Origin: Eledone cirrhosa
Lineage: Eukaryota
Reading direction: 5' to 3'
Length of the DNA: 64,000 nucleotides
NCBI GenBank assembly: GCA_964016885.1
Contig: OZ024741.1
Span: 196,292,001-196,356,000 of the forward strand
Shown here: positions 14,430 to 28,348 of the stretch, piece after piece
Layout of the letters: each line of letters opens with the position of its first letter
How positions within the stretch are numbered: position 1 is the first letter of the stretch
Position numbers and translations under genes: made by a program
The notes under the pieces: model-generated
The model's input: only the letters and a program-made list of their open reading frames with translations
Told to the model about the DNA's origin: nothing
Database searches by the model: none

Positions 14430-17067
14430 CACCCTGACAACATCTTAATGATGGGGGACTTCAACCTCCCCTGAGTTGACTGGTCCACAAACAGCCTGCC
14501 ACCCGGTTCTTCTGCCTCAACCTCTGACAGGGAAGCAGTGGAATCGCTTCTTGACTTCATGGATGATTTCTTCCTATCCCAACTGGTGCTCGAACCAACG
14601 AGGTGCCACAAAAACGTCCTAGATTTAATTTTCAGCAATCACACTGACACTATCCACAATATTGCAGTGGAGAAAACTCTACTCTCTGATCATGACATGG
14701 TTCTCTGTGATCTGAGATTCCACCGTCCAATATACAAACCCAATGTCATCTCTCCTGTCCATCCGTTTGACGCTATGGATTTCCACAATGCAAACTGGGA
14801 AGCGATCAGTCATGATCTTGCACATGTCGACTGGTCCTTCACGCACACTCATACACCCACTAACATCAAAAAGTCCTGGCAGACATTTGTGGACACTGTT
14901 ACAAACATATGTGCAAAACACACCCCATTAAGAACTATAAACAAATCTAAGAGCAGAATCCCTAGAAATAGAAAAACGCTCATCAGAAAAATTAAGAGAA
15001 CGAACAAAAAAAATCAACAAGCTGAAATACTGTCAGCAGCAACACATCAACTTGACTGCCATTTCATCACTAGAGATTAAAAAACATAACCTCCAAAACA
15101 ACATAATGTCCCTCATCAACAATCAGAGAAGAGCTGAAGAGGCCTGGGCCATTGAGAAGATCAAACTCAATCCCAAAGTGTTCTTTTCATTTGCAAAAAA
15201 ACACAAAATCACTGGCTCTACTGTTGGCCCTCTAATTGATGAAAATGGCACTCTTCAAGACAATGCTAAAACCATGGGTGAGATACTGCAGAAACAATAC
15301 TGCTCTGTTTTCAGCAATCCTGATATGGCCGATCTGGGCTGTATCGGCGATGTTACTCCCCATTACACCTTATCGGACATAACGTTTGGCGCCCCTGATG
15401 TCTTAGCGGCAATAAAGGAAATCAAGCATAATTCAGCAGTAGGTCCCGATAGGTTCCCTGCTTGTGTCTTGAAGGCGTGTCAACACCAACTTGCATCTCC
15501 TCTTGCCAATCTGTGGCGGAACTCACTGGATGCTGGATATGTGCCAGAAAACCTTCTATCCCAGTCTGTTGTCCCAGTTTTCAAAAAGGGAAACAAATCC
15601 CTTGCCGTGAATTACCGTCCAATCTCACTCACCTCTCATATCATTAAGGTATTTGAGAGAGTGGTGAGATCGCGAATGACCCACTTCCTTGAGAGTAACA
15701 ATATGCTGAACTCCAACCAGCATGGATTCCGTAATGGAAGGGATTGCCTGACGCAGCTACTGCATCACTTTGATGACATTTTGAGAGCCTTGGGAGAGGG
15801 TTCCAACACTGATGTTATCTACCTTGATTTCAGCAAGGCCTTTGACAGGGTTGATCATAACATTCTACTGAGAAAGCTGTCCAATATTGGTGTCACTGGA
15901 AAGCTGCTGCAGTGGATCAAGAGCTTCCTGTCAAATAGAACCCAACATGTTGTAGTTGAAGGAGTCAACTCCAGCCCAGCCAAAGTCAGTAGTGGGGTCC
16001 CACAAGGCACTGTGTTGGGCCCACTTCACTTCATCATCTATATTAATGACATCACTGACATCATCAAACACAGCAGCATTAAAATTTTCGCTGATGATTC
16101 CAAGCTCCAAAAGGTCATCAATGGCGTGGATGACCGGATAAGCCTTCAGTCAGACCTACTGGCTGTTACCCAATGGGCGGAAAAGAACAACATGTTACTG
16201 AACGAAGACAAATTCGAACTGATCCACTTTGGAAAAGAGGATGCTCTGAAACTCCCGTACTCCCTTCCCTCCGGGGAAACTCTCGTGGCATCTAACAACA
16301 TCAGAGACTTGGGAGTAACCGTGGACAGCAACATAAGCTGGGCCACGCATATAAGCAGCAAAGTTGACATGGCCCGCAGAATGTGTTCCTGGATCCTCAG
16401 AACCTTCCAGTCGAGAGATTCCCACACCATTATCCTTCTCTTCTCTACTTTTGCCCGACCACACCTTGAATACTGTTGTCCACTGTGGTCTCCCCACACG
16501 AAACAAAGTATCATGAAACTTGAAGCTCCTCAAAGGGCAATCACGAAAAAGATAGATGGCATGTCAGACCTTGACTACTGGGGTCGACTAGAAAACCTGA
16601 AACTTTACTCACTCCAACGTCGCCATGAGCGTTATATTATCTGCATGATGTGGAAAATGTTCCATCATCACTGCCCAAATGATGTTGGCATCGCCTTCAA
16701 GATACACCCAAGGCTTGGGCCCCGTGCTATCCGTCCCATTCAAAAATCTAAATCGCAACTCATAACAACAATACGGCACAATTATTTCACCTCAATCGGC
16801 CCTGCTCTCTTCAACATCACACCAGGACACGTCAAAACAGAAACTGACCACACAAAATTCAAGAAGTCTTTGGACAAATTCCTCCAAGTAATCCCGGACA
16901 AACCACCCACACCCGGATATGTCTCCGCAAACAGTAATTCTCTTCTCGAATGGGCCATGGTGCCCAAATCCTGAATTGAAAGACTTCGCCAGGTGGTGCT
17001 ATTAAGTTAGACATGGCCTGGGCCAATACTGGCCAAAACATTTCAAAGTTATTCAAAGTTAAGTTAC
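14430..17067 (+). mobile_element. CR1-group LINE, 5'-truncated (APE C-terminal half + RT)
   Basis: [24 protein letters not shown]; frameshift in A-run ~15010; RT ORF 15052-16974 with YRPISLTS, YLDFSKAFD, SGVPQGTVLGP, FADD, RDLGV, RPHLEYC; AAGTT-repeat tail. Confidence 0.92.
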
Positions 17068-17101
17068 ATATATATATATATACATACATACATATATATA
17101 C

Positions 17102-17167
<66 letters not shown>

Positions 17168-17176
17168 ACATACATA

Positions 17177-17208
<32 letters not shown>

Positions 17209-17308
17209 CATATATATACATACATACATATATATACATACATACATATATATACATACATACATATATATACATACATACATATATATACATATACATA
17301 CATACATA

Positions 17309-17368
<60 letters not shown>

Positions 17369-17372
17369 CATA

Positions 17373-17406
<34 letters not shown>

Positions 17407-17456
17407 CATACATATATATACATATATATATATACATACATATATATATACATATA

Positions 17457-17497
<41 letters not shown>

Positions 17498-17515
17498 ACA
17501 TACATATATATATAC

Positions 17516-17580
<65 letters not shown>

Positions 17581-17615
17581 CATATACATATATATATATA
17601 TATATACATACATAC

Positions 17616-17646
<31 letters not shown>

Positions 17647-17693
17647 CATACATACATATATATACATATATATATATATATATACATACATAC

Positions 17694-17724
<31 letters not shown>

Positions 17725-17733
17725 CATACATAC

Positions 17734-17764
<31 letters not shown>

Positions 17765-17773
17765 CATACATAC

Positions 17774-17804
<31 letters not shown>

Positions 17805-17949
17805 CATACATACATACATATATACATACATATATATATATACATACATACATACATATATACATACATATATATATACATACATACATACATATATACA
17901 TACATATATATATATATATACATACATACATATATATATATATACATAC

Positions 17950-17983
<34 letters not shown>

Positions 17984-18089
17984 ATATACATACATATATA
18001 TATATATATACATACATATATATATATATATACATACATATATATATATATACATACATATATATATACATACATATATATATATATAC

Positions 18090-18128
<39 letters not shown>

Positions 18129-18132
18129 CATA

Positions 18133-18164
<32 letters not shown>

Positions 18165-18168
18165 CATA

Positions 18169-18220
<52 letters not shown>

Positions 18221-18348
18221 CATATATATACATACATATATATATACATACATATATATATACATACATATATATATACATACATATATACATACATATA
18301 TATATACATACATATATATATATACATACATATATATATATACATACA

Positions 18349-18388
<40 letters not shown>

Positions 18389-18801
18389 CATACATATATA
18401 TATACATACATATATACATACATACATATATATATACATACATATATACATACATACATACATACATATATAGACATACATACATATATATATACATACA
18501 TATATACATACATACATATATACATACATACATATATACATACATATATACATACATATATATATACATACATATATATATACATACATATATATATACA
18601 TACATATATATATACATACATACATATATATATACATACATATATATATACATACATATATATATACATACATATATATATACATACATATATATATACA
18701 TACATATATATATACATACATATATATATACATACATATATATATACATACATATATATATACATACATATATATATACATACATATATATATACATACA
18801 T
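17068..18801. repeat. (TACA/TA)n microsatellite
   Basis: Directly visible. Confidence 0.97.
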
Positions 18802-19865
18802 ATCATCATCATCATCATCATCAGCGTTTAACGTCCGTGTTCCACGCTTGCATGGGTTTGGACGGGGGTAGTCCCACTTGAGGCAAGAGTGATTGTCTTG
18901 CTCGCATAGGACTGTCTGGCAGGTTTTCTACAGTTGGATGCCCTTCCTAACACCAACCACATTTACAGTGTGGGTCTGGGAGGTTTTTACCGTGTTGCCT
19001 ACACGGCCACATTACAGCGTGGACTGTGTGTTTTTTTGTCGTGACACCTACACGATCTCATTTGTTTCGGCCTCGATGGCGCGGCACCAACATAACTTTA
19101 CATAGAACGGGGTGGTGTGGATCGGGTGGGGGTGGTGGGACGGGGTGTATTTGTTAGAGATGCCTACTGGCTGGAGTAGGTTTTACTATATATTTAGGTA
19201 AGGCGGGTCTTCTCTGTTACTGAGTACCGCCAAAGGTCTCGGTCCAGTGACATTGTCTTGGAGAGGTGTAAGTGTGTGATGTCGGAGTTTATCAGCTCGT
19301 CCCAGGTTTTTCTAGGTCTGCCTATTCCGTGACTACCGTCTATCTTTATTGCCCTGCACTTTGTTATACAGCTATCGACTTTCATGCGCATCACGTGTCC
19401 ATACCAACGTAGCCTTCTCTCGAGTAAACAACATCTGATCCCTCTTATCTCTAATTTATTCCTTAGTTCGTTTATGCTTTGCCGTTCACGTATATTACTG
19501 TTACACATCCAGCGGAGCATGCAAGCTTCGTTCCTCTCTAGTCTGCGTATATCCTCTGCACACAATGCCCAGGTCTCACTGCCATGCAGCATTGCTGTTC
19601 GTATGCAGGCATCGTACAACCTGCCTTTCATTTTTAGTGAGAACCCTTTAGCAGGTAATAGTGGTATAAGCTCTCTGAACTTTTTCCAACCAGTTCTGAC
19701 TCTAGCTACAGTACTTTCAGAGCACCCTCCCCCACTGCTGATTTTATCGCCCAGGTAACGGAAGCTGTCCACTATTTCTATAGAACCCTCTGCGCAATTG
19801 AAAGAGCTAGTAGTTTGTGGGCACTTGCTGCTACTTATTGCACCAGAGCACCGGCCACATGTAAA
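18802..19865 (-). mobile_element. RTE LINE family B, shorter 5'-truncated copy
   Basis: Almost identical to 12191-13258; one amino-acid difference visible (LAAK vs LPAK). Confidence 0.95.
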
Positions 19866-20012
19866 TATATATACATATATATATATACATACATATATAT
19901 ATACATACATATATATATACATACATATATATATACATACATATATATATACATACATATATATATACATACATATATATATACATACATATATATATAC
20001 ATACATATATAT

Positions 20013-20059
<47 letters not shown>

Positions 20060-20077
20060 CATATATATATATATATA

Positions 20078-20404
20078 TCATCATTTCATTTTACGTCCGC
20101 TTTTTCCCTGCTTGCAAGGGTGGGACGGGAACTGATGCTGGCTTGATTTCTACAGCTGGATGCCCTTCCTAACACCAACCTCATTTACAGTGAGTGCTGG
20201 GTGCTTTTTTGCCGTGGCACCTCCACGACCACTTTGCAGTGGAATGATATGGACCCCAGTCCCTATCATCTCATTTCTACAGCTGAGTAAACTGGAGCAA
20301 TGTGAAATAAAGTGTCTTGCTCAAGGAAACAACACATCACCCGGTCTGAGAATTGAACTCACAACCTTTTGATTGCAAGGCCAATGCTCTTGCCATGTGC
20401 CTCC
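20078..20404 (-). mobile_element. tRNA-derived SINE with RTE family A tail
   Basis: B box GAGTTCAATTC, CORE-like TCCTTGAGCAAGACACTTTA, tail matching 10752-10809; A box partly deleted. Confidence 0.9.
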
Positions 20405-20877
20405 ATATATATATATATATATACATACATACACATATATATACATATATTTGAATTGGTGTTCTGAAATAGCGATATATATATGAATGTATATATACTG
20501 TATTTTGCAATACAATGTATGCTTAATTAAAAGCGTTTTGAAGACCATATGCTGTTGTTTTAAAGTAGCGACATTGTTGTTTACTTAAATTTTCGGCATA
20601 CAGGGGGAGATAAGTTTACAGCGCTGTTTCGTACTGTAATTTTGCTATTTACACTCTGCCTATATATTTATTGTATGGCTTATATTTCTCTTGCTTGCTT
20701 TCGCTGTACACTTGTCTTGCATTAAATATGCATGGAGCACACTGCCCTCTTCACTGCTGCATTATAATTCTCACAAACTAATCTCTACTCTCTCCTTGAT
20801 TGGATTCTACATACATTTGATATTGATATATATATGATGTATGTAGAGATATATATATTGTGTGTCTGTATATATAA

Positions 20878-20910
<33 letters not shown>

Positions 20911-20914
<4 letters not shown>

Positions 20915-21238
20915 GTGAGTTCAATTCTCAGACCGGGTGATGTGTTGTTTCCTTGAGCAGGATACTTTATTTCACATTGCTCGAGTTTACTCAGCTGTAG
21001 AAATGAGATGATAGGACTGGGGTCCTATCATCTCATTTCATGGAGGTGCCACGGCAAAAAAAGCACCCAGCCCATACTGTAAAGTGAGCGTGTAGGCGCC
21101 ACAGAAAAAAAGCACCCAGCACTCAATGTAAATGAGGTTGGTGTTAGGAAGGGCATCCAGCTGTAGAAATCGAGCCAGAATCAGTTCCCGTCCCACCCTT
21201 GCAAGCAGGGAAAAGTGGACGTAAAATGATGATGATGA
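20911..21238 (+). mobile_element. tRNA-derived SINE, 5'-truncated, RTE-A tail
   Basis: Same family as 20078-20404, opposite orientation. Confidence 0.88.
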
Positions 21239-21339
21239 TACACACACACTATATATATACATATATACACAAACATCACACACACAGATAGTGAAGTCAA
21301 TGGTTTTCATAATGCTGGCAGCCAGACATACAGGGACAT

Positions 21340-21620
21340 ATTATAAGGGCGCGACGTTATAGCTATGTATCTATCTAAAAAGACAGACTAAGAAAGAGAG
21401 AGGAATGTCATATAACCGGAAGTGTTGACATTTAAAATTTTAAAGAAGTGAATATTTAAATAATATCTTTAATCTTTTAACAAAATTTAGTTGACAAAAA
21501 TACCCTCACTTTCTTACTTGGAAAAAGTTACATCTATGGTGCAAATTTGCTGCCGTTTGGTTCAGCCATTTGGCGAAAAGTTTGTTACATACATACAGAA
21601 TCAGCTTCATTAGTATAGAT
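21340..21620 (-). mobile_element. Possible non-autonomous Helitron-like fragment
   Basis: Minus strand starts ATCTATACTAATGAAG...TGTATGTATGTAAC...AATGGCTGAACC...AAATTTG, resembling Helitron 5' ends from memory; 3' CTRR end not located. Confidence 0.35.
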
Positions 21621-22039
21621 AAAAATGTAATTTCTAATAACAAGAAAATTTCTAATAACAAGAAAATGAGATACAAAGATTATAAACAATAACTTATTTT
21701 TTTTTAAATAGGTTATTAACCCTATTGCTTCTATATTTCTAATGTAACATACTGCCTCTGTATTTTAGATAATTATGAAAATAACAAATTTGGAAAGATT
21801 TAGTAATATAACTAACTTTTCATTATTAAACTAGTGTTAGGAACATAAGACAAGGTTAATATTATGATGGAAAATGTTTAGATAAATATAAATAGTTTAA
21901 ACAGCTTTGTATCATAGAAACTGGAAAGGTTTCAAGCAATTTGGTATCAAAGGGTTTAAAGTACAATGAATTCAGAGAATACAAAATCGGTCAAAGCTAA
22001 TTAGAACAGTTAAGAAATTTAAGTTAGAGATTTTGTGAA

Positions 22040-22214
22040 ATAATTGTTTCTACTATTGGCACAAGGCCAGCAATTACCCAGTACATTACTGGTACTTTAT
22101 TTTATCGACCCCGTAAGGATGAAAGGCAAAGTTAACCTCGGCGGGATTTGAACTCAGATCATAAAGGGACGTAACTCTATGCTTCAAAGCATGGTGTCCG
22201 ACTCTCTACCGATA
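22040..22214 (-). mobile_element. Second tRNA-SINE family (Meta-domain-like body), 5'-truncated
   Basis: B box GAGTTCAAATCC, body TTTGCCTTTCATCCTTACGGGGTCGATAAAATAAAGTACCAG; copies at 37435 and 39068. Confidence 0.8.
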
Positions 22215-23189
22215 AGGGTAGTGTAATATTATATGTGAACTCAAACACTATAAAGAAAATATGCAATAATAATAATTTCTAATTTAGCCCAGTATTTGAC
22301 CAGTACTATATTTTATCAACTATGGAAGGATGGAAACCAACATTGACAACGGGTAAGACGTGAACTCAGAATAAATACCATAAATAATTTATTTGCCACA
22401 ACAGCATAGATATAATGGAGACAATACAAGGACATAAAATAATCACAGTAGGAGGGTTATATATACTATATAAAAATAGAAGTAACAAAAATAAAGATAA
22501 AAAACGTCCCCAATAGTGGGGATACATATCTAGGGCTACTCAAGGAAATCCTGCAAAATTTGATACATCCTGATCAGTAAGGGGCCTCTCTCAGCTATCA
22601 TTCCCCAATCTACAGGTGCATGCTCAGACTAGGCCCATTTACCCAGGCAATATTCCCAACTCCCTTTCACCTTTCAATAAATTGACTACGGTGAACAGCA
22701 CTTCACTTTCCACCTTCATTTTCCTTTCTAAGAGAAACAGCATGAGGGCTAGTTGATTCTCTCCCCCCCCTCCCCCCCCACCACCACCCCACACACAACC
22801 TCTTTTACCAAAGCTACAAGACATGAAAGAAAACTGCCTGTGCTTCCCAGCCACATTAATTTCCCTTTTTTTGCATCCTTTCCCAGTACCCCACGATTCT
22901 GAACATCTTCATACATCATATATTCCATTTACAGAATAGTTTTTCACCCAAATAGGGGCCACAAACAGTGTAAGTATTAGAGCAAAGAAGGGCCCTTATG
23001 TTAGTAGTTGTTCCTATAAACCATTTTGTCTTCTTCTTCATACACTTATTTCTGAGAGAAATAAGTGTATGAAGTGTATAATCGTCAAACATGTATAATA
23101 AGTGTATAATCGTCAAACATGTATAATAAGTGTATAATCGTCAAACACTCATTTCATCAGGTCCTGTCAGAAGCAACCATTTCACAAGT

Positions 23190-23800
23190 GAAACCAGCCA
23201 AGCTCATGGATCTTATCTAACCATCTTGCTCAAGGTCTACCCTTGGGTCCCCTGCCAGTTGGTTTTGCCCATAAAATCTGTCTAGCAAGTCTTTCCTAAG
23301 ACATCCTAACCACATGCCCATTGCACCAGAGCTGTGATCTCTCAATTCAGTGAAGTAGCAGTGCTACCTGGAGTGACTCATTGATCTCTGAGCTACGCAC
23401 TATCAAGTACTCGTATTTGGATGGAGCCCATTTCAACTACTTGCACTCTCCACCTGCTTCAGTGGAACTCCATTCACATGTAAAATGCCCTGGACAGGCT
23501 TCCCTGAGAGGACGAGTGTCTCAGTTTTCACAGCACTGATTTTCATTTCAGCCATGCAACACTCGGCATTAAACCTATCAGGTGCAAGTCAAAGATCACC
23601 TTTTGTTGAGTTAAGTAATTCCATGTTGTCTGCAAATTCCAAACAACTGATTTTACACTTGCCAGTTGTGATACCACTTCCAACCAGGCTGCACATGTCA
23701 ATCCTGTTCATGACAATAATGAATAGAAGAGGTAATAATATGCACCCTTGGCAGAGTTGACTCCCACATTAAATGGTTTCAATTTTGTCAACATTGAAAA
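23190..23800 (-). pseudogene. Highly degenerate RTE RT fragment
   Basis: Minus strand reads QGCILLPLLFIIVMNRIDM near 23695-23750. Confidence 0.6.
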
Positions 23801-25257
23801 TTATTCTTACAAACAGATTATCTTTAGTATGCCCCACATAGTGTGATCCCAGTTCTTCTCATATTTACACATCTTGATTTCCAAAATGTTCTTGTAATTT
23901 GTTTTACTTATCCACTGGTTGGTGTTAGGAAGGGCTTCCAGCCACAGAAACCAGGCCAACGGGTTGAAAGGACCCTTCTGTCATGACATGGCACCCACTA
24001 CAACTTGTAAGGTGGTTGGTGATAGTAAAAGTATCCAGTTGTAGAAACGAGGGCAAGAAAAGGACAGAAGGACTCTTCTGTTGGGTCAAGAGCACAACAA
24101 CAACGTCTCTAGTGTGGGTGATCTACACAATAAACATAGTAATCTCAGTTCTTCACATATTTGCACATTTTGTTTTCCAAAATGTTTTTGCAATTCGATT
24201 CACTCAGCCATATGCTATGCACTATGAAAACTATGTCAGCTTCATTGGGTCACATCTTGGACTTTTTAGTTAACTTCCCTTCTGTTTTATTTTTCTTCCT
24301 TAGGGTTTTGTTTTTAAGGTTTATCTCTGGTAGATTCTCTTCTTCCAGCTGCCTTATCCATAAAAAAATTAAGGGCTTATGCTATTCATTGCTACATCAA
24401 GTCAATTGGGTATCTGGTCACTAGCTTCTAGGGACACACGAAGAGCCAATTGTCATCTCCAAAGCTTCAACTTGTGATGCTACTAGAAATACACTGATGT
24501 CTGTTATTATAGCTAATTTGGCTCTCATTGCCTTTGTTTCTCCATCACCTGAAGACAGAAAGCGTTCAATCATGTTTTGCAACCACAAATATAACAGTTA
24601 GCTTTTCAGCTTTGTACTGCTAGTTTCATTTATCATGTTTCTGTATTATTGGCAGCAACACAGCTTCAAAATGGGTCTTACCTCAGCATATGGGAACCCA
24701 TCTACCCCATGCAAGCATTGGAAATAGACATAAACAATGATGATGAGGATTTATTTGTCATTTCATAGTCACTAGTTATTCTCATATTTACATATCACTT
24801 CTATTTTTCATCTTGCTATTTTTAATCCCTTTATTATTGTATTTAAACTAAGTTTTCCAGTTGCCTCTAACTTTTCACTCCATTCTGTTTCTGGGAAATA
24901 ATGACATTCATTATCAGAGTGTTGTTATCATAATCGGAAACCAAAATACCTAATTCTTGATCACCCATTTACTTTTGTTGCAGTTTTTATTTGTTACTTC
25001 TTTTGTAAAACCTTTCAGATTTGGAATCACTACTCATGAATGCAAAGCTGATATGCATTTTTTTTTTCAAAGGTAAACAGTTGTAGAAAATATAAGCATT
25101 TAGATATTGAAAAAAATATCCAAAATATTGATAGAATGCAAATTTCACATTAGAAATATCAGATGATATCAAGCAAATGTTTATCTAGTGAAGTCATGTG
25201 TTATCATGAATATTTGTGCTGATTTTATTTTATTAAACTATGAATAAGTTATTTCAG

Positions 25258-25550
25258 GTCTCTAAGTCTAGTCTAAAGTCTGTCTCAAGCCAAGAGGCTC
25301 TTCAGGCCGGAGCTTATCCCAGTTTTATGGCATGAAGCGACTGAGAGTACAAGACTTATCCCTGGACAGAACACCAGTCCATCATAGGTCCAGTCCATCT
25401 ATTGCTGCTACTCATTTTCAGCTGAATATACTGGAGCAATGTGAAATGAAGTGTTTCGCTCACAAACACAACACACAACCCAGCCCAGGTATCGAACCGA
25501 TGACACTATGATCATAAGCCAACATTACCATTAGGCCACATGCTTCCACA
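25258..25550 (-). mobile_element. tRNA-derived SINE, third body type
   Basis: A box TGGCCTAATGG, B box GGTTCGATACC, CORE-like middle shared with the main family, different 3' half. Confidence 0.7.
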
Positions 25551-25726
25551 GGTGGTTTCATGTTATAAACCATGAAAATATTTAGGCAGTTTGGCAACAA
25601 AAGGGTTAATACTGATTGAAAAGATATTTGAATACTAATATGCTTTACAAACTTCAACTGTTATTTTGGAGAATAGAAATATATGAAAGATATGAGGTAG
25701 ATTTTAGTTTTAAAAAATAAACTCAC

Positions 25727-25811
25727 TGTATCATAAAAATCTTCCAATGTAAACTGAGGAAAGCCCAAATTAACCATGTCTTCTTTACTCTGATGAATAA
25801 CCTTTTTAAAT
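25727..25811 (-). CDS. OTUB1: Otubain exon, 85 bp: (R)FKKVIHQSKEDMVNLGFPQFTLEDFYDT
   Basis: ttctttgtAG acceptor, GTGAGT donor; resembles human OTUB1 FKAVSAKSKEDLVSQGFTEFTIEDFHNT (recalled); phase-compatible with exon 44021-44139. Confidence 0.93.
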
Positions 25812-25893
25812 CTACAAAGAAGATAACAGTATAATTAATATATATATATATAATAGTATATAAGAAAAATTAACAGTATATATATATATTATA

Positions 25894-26035
<142 letters not shown>

Positions 26036-26117
26036 ACAGTAGAAATTAACTGTGTCTTCTTTACTTTGATTAATAACATTTTAAAATCTACAATGAAGAT
26101 AACAGTATAAATTAACA

Positions 26118-26162
<45 letters not shown>

Positions 26163-26250
26163 AATTCCGTCGGAAAGGTCCAGGAAAAAAGAGTGCTCTA
26201 TGTAGGTTACAGAGCTTATTATTTATGTAATAAACAACATAAGATGATTA

Positions 26251-26310
26251 TTTCATTTACCAGTGGTTTCTTGAAAGCAAATAAATCTGCTTTCAGTCAT
26301 CAGAATGAAA
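26251..26310 (-). ncRNA. Type I hammerhead ribozyme motif
   Basis: TTTCATT-CTGATGA-c-TGAAAGCA..TGCTTTCA-a-GAAA-CCACTGG-TA-AATGAAA: 7-bp stem I, complete core, 8-bp stem II, minimal stem III. Confidence 0.88.
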
Positions 26311-26429
26311 AAATCCTGGTGTTTTTATTGAATGTGGATTTGAAAACAAAAATATTAAAAATATGAAAGTGAGGCTGAAGGAAGACAAAAAAAAAAAAAA
26401 AGATCAATATAAAAGTATATAAACACACA

Positions 26430-26484
26430 CACACATATATAAATACACCTACACATAAATACACAAACACACATATATATATAT

Positions 26485-26531
<47 letters not shown>

Positions 26532-26544
26532 CATATATATATAT

Positions 26545-26577
<33 letters not shown>

Positions 26578-26682
26578 CATATATATACATATATACATAT
26601 ATATACATATACATATATATATATACACACACATATATACATATACATATATACATATATATACATATACATATATATATAT

Positions 26683-26715
<33 letters not shown>

Positions 26716-26732
26716 CATATATATACATATAC

Positions 26733-26763
<31 letters not shown>

Positions 26764-26954
26764 CATATATATACATATATATATATATATACATATATAT
26801 ATACATATATATATATATATACATATACATATACATATATATATACATATATATATACATATATATATATATATACATATACATATACATATATATATAC
26901 ATATATATATACATATATATATATATATACATATATATATACATATATATATAC

Positions 26955-27013
<59 letters not shown>

Positions 27014-27100
27014 CATATATATATACATATATATATATATATACATATATACATATATATATATATATACATATATATATACATATATATATATATATAC

Positions 27101-27146
<46 letters not shown>

Positions 27147-27158
27147 ATATATATATAC

Positions 27159-27193
<35 letters not shown>

Positions 27194-27194
27194 C

Positions 27195-27270
<76 letters not shown>
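26430..27270. repeat. TA/CA microsatellite inside the Penelope pLTR
   Basis: Directly visible; counterpart 30690-30925 is much shorter. Confidence 0.95.
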
Positions 27271-27271
<1 letters not shown>

Positions 27272-27983
27272 ATTATAAAAATAAATAAATGAATATAATG
27301 CATATACTAAAGTAAGCAGTCACACCACCTTATAAAGACAAAATACATCTACATGAAATCAAAATCATAAATAAATAAAAGTAAAAAATATGTTGGCATG
27401 ACTCAGGACAGGTTCAAAACCAGGTTTTATGCACATGTCGCTTCTTTTAAACACTGATAAAAGAACAGCAACGGCTCTCGCAAATAAAGTTTGGGAAATC
27501 AAAGACAAAAAAATCCCGTACACTATCAATTGGTCTATTTTAGACCATTCAAGAGAATACCAAAGTGGCACAAAGAATTGTTCTTTGTGCACCACAGAAA
27601 AATTTAGAATTTTCCAAAATTTGAAAGCCACTTCCACTTGCCTTTACTCCAAGAACGAGATCTTCAGATGTTGTCCTCATCTGAAATCACATCTACTTTG
27701 TAACTGGATTGACATTCCTACGATGACTAAACCACCTTGAACTTCTTCTTTACTCATTACGCCTTACATCCACTACGATTATTATTACTCTCTAAACTCA
27801 CTTTCTGTACCCAATCATTCTTTTTCTCCCTCCTCTCCTCATATATTTACCTCTTTTATATATAGATATTTATTTCTGTGTGTATGTATGTATATGATTA
27901 TATGTGTATGAATATATGTGTATGAATGTATGTGTATATATGTATGTATGTATGTATATATATATATATATGTGTATATAAAA

Positions 27984-28035
<52 letters not shown>

Positions 28036-28289
28036 CTATATATGCTTATGTGAGTGTGTATTTATTGTGCATGAATACGCACGTTTTTGTTTATGTTTGT
28101 ATGTGTATGCATTTTTATTTATATTTATGTATATGTATGTATATATATATGTATGTGTATGTATATATATATCATCATCTTCGTTTAACATCCGTTTTCC
28201 ATGCTAGCATGGGTATATATATATGATTATATATGTGTGTGTTTTGTGTGTGTGTGTGTATTTTTATATTATGTGGTGATGAAACTTTA

Positions 28290-28324
<35 letters not shown>

Positions 28325-28348
28325 GTGTATATATGTATATATATATAT

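Noticed and set aside
20160-20372. Recurrent [11 protein letters not shown]... ORFs (also 29375, 50109, 54272)
   Set aside because: Antisense translations of the same SINE, not a gene family
23072-23147. Short 28-bp tandem repeat (~2.7 copies)
   Set aside because: Ordinary slippage duplication with no further structure
24400-24560. Candidate further otubain exon after TTTCTGTCTTCAG on the minus strand
   Set aside because: Translation does not resemble the expected downstream otubain sequence
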